From contig JAOTTY010000001.1 of NCBI GenBank assembly GCA_029864185.1, positions 1 to 62,246 on the forward strand: 62,246 bases of DNA, in the 5' to 3' direction. Shown one piece after another: positions 59,348 through 62,246 of the stretch. Within the stretch, counting starts at the first letter, position 1. Every line of letters starts with the position of its first letter. This DNA is from Gammaproteobacteria bacterium. Its GTDB lineage: Bacteria; Pseudomonadota; Gammaproteobacteria; GCA-001735895. The translations under genes were made by a program, and so were the position numbers. Below the pieces are notes generated by a model, which saw only the letters and a program-made list of their open reading frames with translations, was not told where the DNA came from and made no database searches.

Positions 59348-60850
59348 TTATTCTCTGACCAGTAACTCGACTCGATCCTCGAAATAGGCATAGTTCGCCA
59401 GCGCTATGATTGCCCGGGTTTTAAAATTGTCCCGCAGGTATTGAAAAAAGCGACGCGTACCGCAGCTACGCGGTTGGCCGTTGTCATCGGCGGGCTCTCC
59501 GACAAGCACCAGTTTTTGTCCGGCCCCGATCTGATTCAACAATCGCTCGATGGAAGAATCAGCGGCCTCCGCGGGCAGCCATGCGAGAAAGATTGTATCT
59601 TCCAGGTCGATAGTGGCCTCGGAATGCAGCACTTTCTTCATCGGAGTAAACCGGTGGCGAAGCATCATATCGTGGCAGGATACTTCGATGCCGTAGTACC
59701 TGGCGAGCAGGTATTCCCAGTAGGCGGTACCGGAGCCGAAAGAGGCCAGGCGCTTTCCGGCAAAGGCTGCTATCTCGTCCAGCGCCTGTCGGCATGGCAA
59801 CGACCAGCTGTAAACCGTGGAGTAAATACTGCGCAACGCCGTATCGGATGCCTGTCGGCGATCTCCGAATTGCATCAAGGCATCAGTCCACCATTCGACG
59901 GGGTACAGTTGCGAGGGATCATATTCATCGAAAAACCGGACCAGCGCCTGGTCCACCGCGGTATCCCCATATTGGAAGTCTTTCGCCAGTTCTTTCGCGA
60001 TGTCGCAAGCCTCATCGATGTCGTGATACCGATGATCCTGCTGCACCTGCTCTACCAGTCGCCAGTGTCTTGCAGAGTTGCTCGGCAGCAGGACCTTACC
60101 CAGCTCGAAATGTACCCGGGGACAGGCAGGATTGAGCTCCCTGGATTTCCGGTACAGGCCTAAGGCCTGCGACACTTCTTCCTTCGCGGCCTTGATTTCT
60201 CCCAGTGCGCAGTAAGCGGCCGCATTATTCGGTTCCAGTCGTATGGTTCTCGTCAAACAATTCTCTGCCTCCGGTATCTGTCCCAGAGCCTTGAATGCGA
60301 GTCCGAGGCTGTGCCATATTCCCGCATGCGCCGGACCATCCTGTTCGATGCTTTTGCACAAAGCGACTGCCTCGTCCTGCTGTTGCTGCGATATCAGCGC
60401 ATTAACCAGATTGATTTTAGGTTCAGCAACCCCGGGTAATAGTCTTATCGCGGTGCGGCTGGCTTGTTCCGCCTGCTGCAACAGGCCGGCATCAGCATAA
60501 AGGCTACCCAACGCCAACCATGCCTCTCCATGCTCGGCATCCAGCTCGACCACGGTGCCAGCCTGGGCAATCGCTTCGGCGAGGTTACCCCGCGATAGAT
60601 AAAGTTTGCATAAAGTAAAATGCGCCTGGATATTCGCCGGGTCGAGCCGTACCGCGGTCCTCAGATATTCGATTGCCCTGTTCGTATCACCATGTTCAAC
60701 CCGAATCACGCCCCGCATAAACCAGGCTTTGTCATTCTCCGCGTTTTGTTGGCAGAGCTGCACAAACAGCCGTTCGGCATCGACCAGTTTGCCCTGTCTC
60801 ACCAAAGCGAACGCCTCGGCCATCAAATTCTCGGTCCCGCTTGCACCCAT
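59348..60850 (-). CDS. TPR-repeat protein with an uncharacterised Rossmann-like C-terminal domain
   Basis: The N-terminal ~250 aa are TPR units. The C-terminal ~240 aa contain LASFGSGTAYWEYLLARYYGIEVSCHDM, resembling a class I methyltransferase motif I / acidic post-I residue. That assignment is tentative. Confidence 0.75.
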   Translation of the reverse strand: MGASGTENLMAEAFALVRQGKLVDAERLFVQLCQQNAENDKAWFMRGVIRVEHGDTNRAIEYLRTAVRLDPANIQAHFTLCKLYLSRGNLAEAIAQAGTVVELDAEHGEAWLALGSLYADAGLLQQAEQASRTAIRLLPGVAEPKINLVNALISQQQQDEAVALCKSIEQDGPAHAGIWHSLGLAFKALGQIPEAENCLTRTIRLEPNNAAAYCALGEIKAAKEEVSQALGLYRKSRELNPACPRVHFELGKVLLPSNSARHWRLVEQVQQDHRYHDIDEACDIAKELAKDFQYGDTAVDQALVRFFDEYDPSQLYPVEWWTDALMQFGDRRQASDTALRSIYSTVYSWSLPCRQALDEIAAFAGKRLASFGSGTAYWEYLLARYYGIEVSCHDMMLRHRFTPMKKVLHSEATIDLEDTIFLAWLPAEAADSSIERLLNQIGAGQKLVLVGEPADDNGQPRSCGTRRFFQYLRDNFKTRAIIALANYAYFEDRVELLVRE

Positions 60851-60956
60851 ATATAATCCTGTATTCGTGATATGTTTCGGGAATCAGCTTACCAATCACC
60901 CAGGGAACGATTAACAAGATATCGATCTGACCAAGGTGGGCGCATCTATGACGTTG

Positions 60957-61532
60957 TTACCGGCCCATGCCGGCGAAGCCCATGAAGGTCATTGACAGCA
61001 CGCCCGCCACCATCAATGTCACCGCCGCGCCCTTTGCCACCGACGACACGTCTGCCAGCTCCAGTCTTTCCCTTATGCCAGACATCATCAGCAGTGCCAG
61101 GGTGAACCCGATACCGGCGCCGCTGGCGAAGGCCAGGCTCTGGATAAAATCATATTCCCTGTTCGTCTGGAACAGGGCGACTCCCAGGATTGCGCAGTTG
61201 GTTGTTATTAACGGCAAAAAGATTCCCAGGGTGCGAAACAGGGCGGGGCTGAACTTCTTGATAAACATCTCCACCAGCTGCACCGACGAGGCTATGACGA
61301 CGATGTAAGATATCAGGTGCAGATAGGGGGCATTGATATAGACGAGGGCCAGGTGAATGCCGTAGGCGCTGGCGGAGGCAACCAGCATCACGAAGATCAC
61401 CGCGGCACCCATGCGGAAGGCCGTATCCGTCTTGGTCGAGACTCCAAGGAAAGGACACAGGCCCAGGAAGTAGGCCAGGACGAAATTGTTGATCAGGCAG
61501 GCGTCGATGAAAATCTGCAACGGCGAACTCAT
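60957..61532 (-). CDS. rnfA: Rnf electron-transport complex subunit A
   Basis: Aligns by eye with E. coli RsxA/RnfA: NNFVLAYFLGLCPFLGVS, LGIFLPLITTNCAILGVAL and IRERLELADV. Confidence 0.88.
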   Translation of the reverse strand: MSSPLQIFIDACLINNFVLAYFLGLCPFLGVSTKTDTAFRMGAAVIFVMLVASASAYGIHLALVYINAPYLHLISYIVVIASSVQLVEMFIKKFSPALFRTLGIFLPLITTNCAILGVALFQTNREYDFIQSLAFASGAGIGFTLALLMMSGIRERLELADVSSVAKGAAVTLMVAGVLSMTFMGFAGMGR

Positions 61533-62212
61533 GCGCCCATCTCCTTCGAGGTCTTACCGTCCCCGAATCGGGTCCTCGAAAACTTGTCCGCCCGCTCCCT
61601 GCGTTCGCGTAGCCAGTTGAACAGCAGTAGCCAGGCGCCGAGCACGAAGAAGGCGCCGCCCGGGAGAATCATGATCGACCAGCTGGCGAAGCTGGGACCG
61701 AACAGCGGAATACCGGCAAAGGTGCCGGCGCCCAGCACTTCTCGCACACCGCCCATGCATAAGCAGGCGATGGTAAAACCGCCGCCGAAACCCAGGGCGT
61801 CGAGCATGGATTTTCCGACATTGTTTCGCGAGGCGAAGGCCTCCGAGCGGCCAAGGATGGCGCAGTTAGCAACGATCAGGGCGATGAATGCGCCGAGTGC
61901 CCGATGGACTTCGAGGCTGATCGCCTGCAACAGGTAATCGACCACGGTTACGAAGGTGGCTATGACGAGGATGAAGCAGGCGATGCGCACCTGTTTCGGA
62001 ATCAATTTGCGCACCAGCGACACCACGGTGCTGGCCATGAACAGCACGAATGTCGTTGCCAGCCCCATGGCCAGGGCATTGACTACGGAATTGGTTACGG
62101 CCAGTACCGGGCACAGTCCGAGCAGCATGATGAACACCGGGTTTTCGCGCCAGATGCCGCGCGTCAATATATCCCGGGTTTCGTGATTCGCCTGATTATT
62201 TTCTTCTGTCAT
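61529..62212 (-). CDS. rnfE: Rnf electron-transport complex subunit E
   Basis: Aligns by eye with E. coli RsxE/RnfE: LLGLCPVLAVTNSVVNALAMGLATTFVL, LGAFIALIVANCAILGRSEAFA and ILPGGAFFVLG. Confidence 0.88.
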   Translation of the reverse strand: MTEENNQANHETRDILTRGIWRENPVFIMLLGLCPVLAVTNSVVNALAMGLATTFVLFMASTVVSLVRKLIPKQVRIACFILVIATFVTVVDYLLQAISLEVHRALGAFIALIVANCAILGRSEAFASRNNVGKSMLDALGFGGGFTIACLCMGGVREVLGAGTFAGIPLFGPSFASWSIMILPGGAFFVLGAWLLLFNWLRERRERADKFSRTRFGDGKTSKEMGA

Positions 62213-62246
62213 GAGTGGTTCACCTTGCTAAGGCATCCAGATTCTT
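62209..62246 (-). CDS. 3' end of the upstream gene (probably rnfG); partial at the window edge
   Basis: An open frame ends in a TGA that overlaps the rnfE ATG (ATGA). Only 12 codons are visible, so identity is inferred from operon logic alone. Confidence 0.3.
   Translation of the reverse strand, partial: ESGCLSKVNHS

Noticed and set aside
60957-62212. Alternative call of the two membrane genes as Na+-NQR subunits NqrD/NqrE
   Set aside because: Block-by-block resemblance is closer to E. coli RsxE/RsxA (for example LLGLCPVLAVT... and NNFVL..FLGLCPFLGVS, LPLITTNCAILGVAL). No nqrF follows the A/E-like gene. Residual uncertainty is noted in the rnf finding.

Overview
This is a GC-rich (about 60% by eye) stretch of a gammaproteobacterial chromosome, and most of it is core housekeeping sequence. 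All product calls come from motifs and synteny read by eye. No database search was run.

Content, left to right:
- A 5'-truncated CHASE2/TPR/Ser-Thr kinase.
- A roughly 10 kb photo-oxidative-stress block. It holds an ECF sigma/ChrR/YbgA-like/photolyase operon, divergent from an 8-gene cfa-type lipid-modification operon. The two are joined by two mirror-image TGATCC-N16-CGTATA promoters.
- ygiQ, an orphan 347-aa gene, TauE and an FAD oxidoreductase.
- A complete five-step hut regulon (hutFHG divergent from hutI-hutC-hutU) with a perfect 20-bp HutC-type operator.
- tcdA, then gmk-rpoZ-spoT-ridA-recG, moeA-moaE and uvrD.
- Two oxidoreductases, then a small-protein/FetB/SRPBCC-GyrI operon.
- hemA-prfA-prmC, then TPR-lolB-ispE-tRNA-Gln-prs-rplY-pth-ychF-tRNA-Met.
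- A roughly 6 kb accessory patch, a TPR protein, and the end of an rnf operon (rnfE-rnfA).

I did not find a complete, obviously novel multi-gene system such as a defence island. The observations most worth a second look are:
1. The tRNA-Met gene is followed by two exact copies of its 3' 45-46 nt. These delimit tandem islets with no integrase, carrying an orphan transglutaminase-like gene and a 1153-aa multidomain S8 protease, plus gene remnants.
2. A roughly 290-nt island of about 29% G+C ends in a canonical intrinsic terminator and carries anti-Shine-Dalgarno-like motifs and micro-ORFs. It is a candidate sRNA or small-peptide locus.
3. A GGGGACAGTTTACTTAATTC palindromic element family occurs at four intergenic loci. 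One pair brackets the orphan gene. One copy is fused to a tandem duplication that includes the uvrD start codon.
4. A FetB-type permease has no FetA ATPase and is translationally coupled to an unknown acidic protein and an SRPBCC/GyrI-like protein.
5. An unexplained 475-nt lower-GC spacer splits prfA from prmC.
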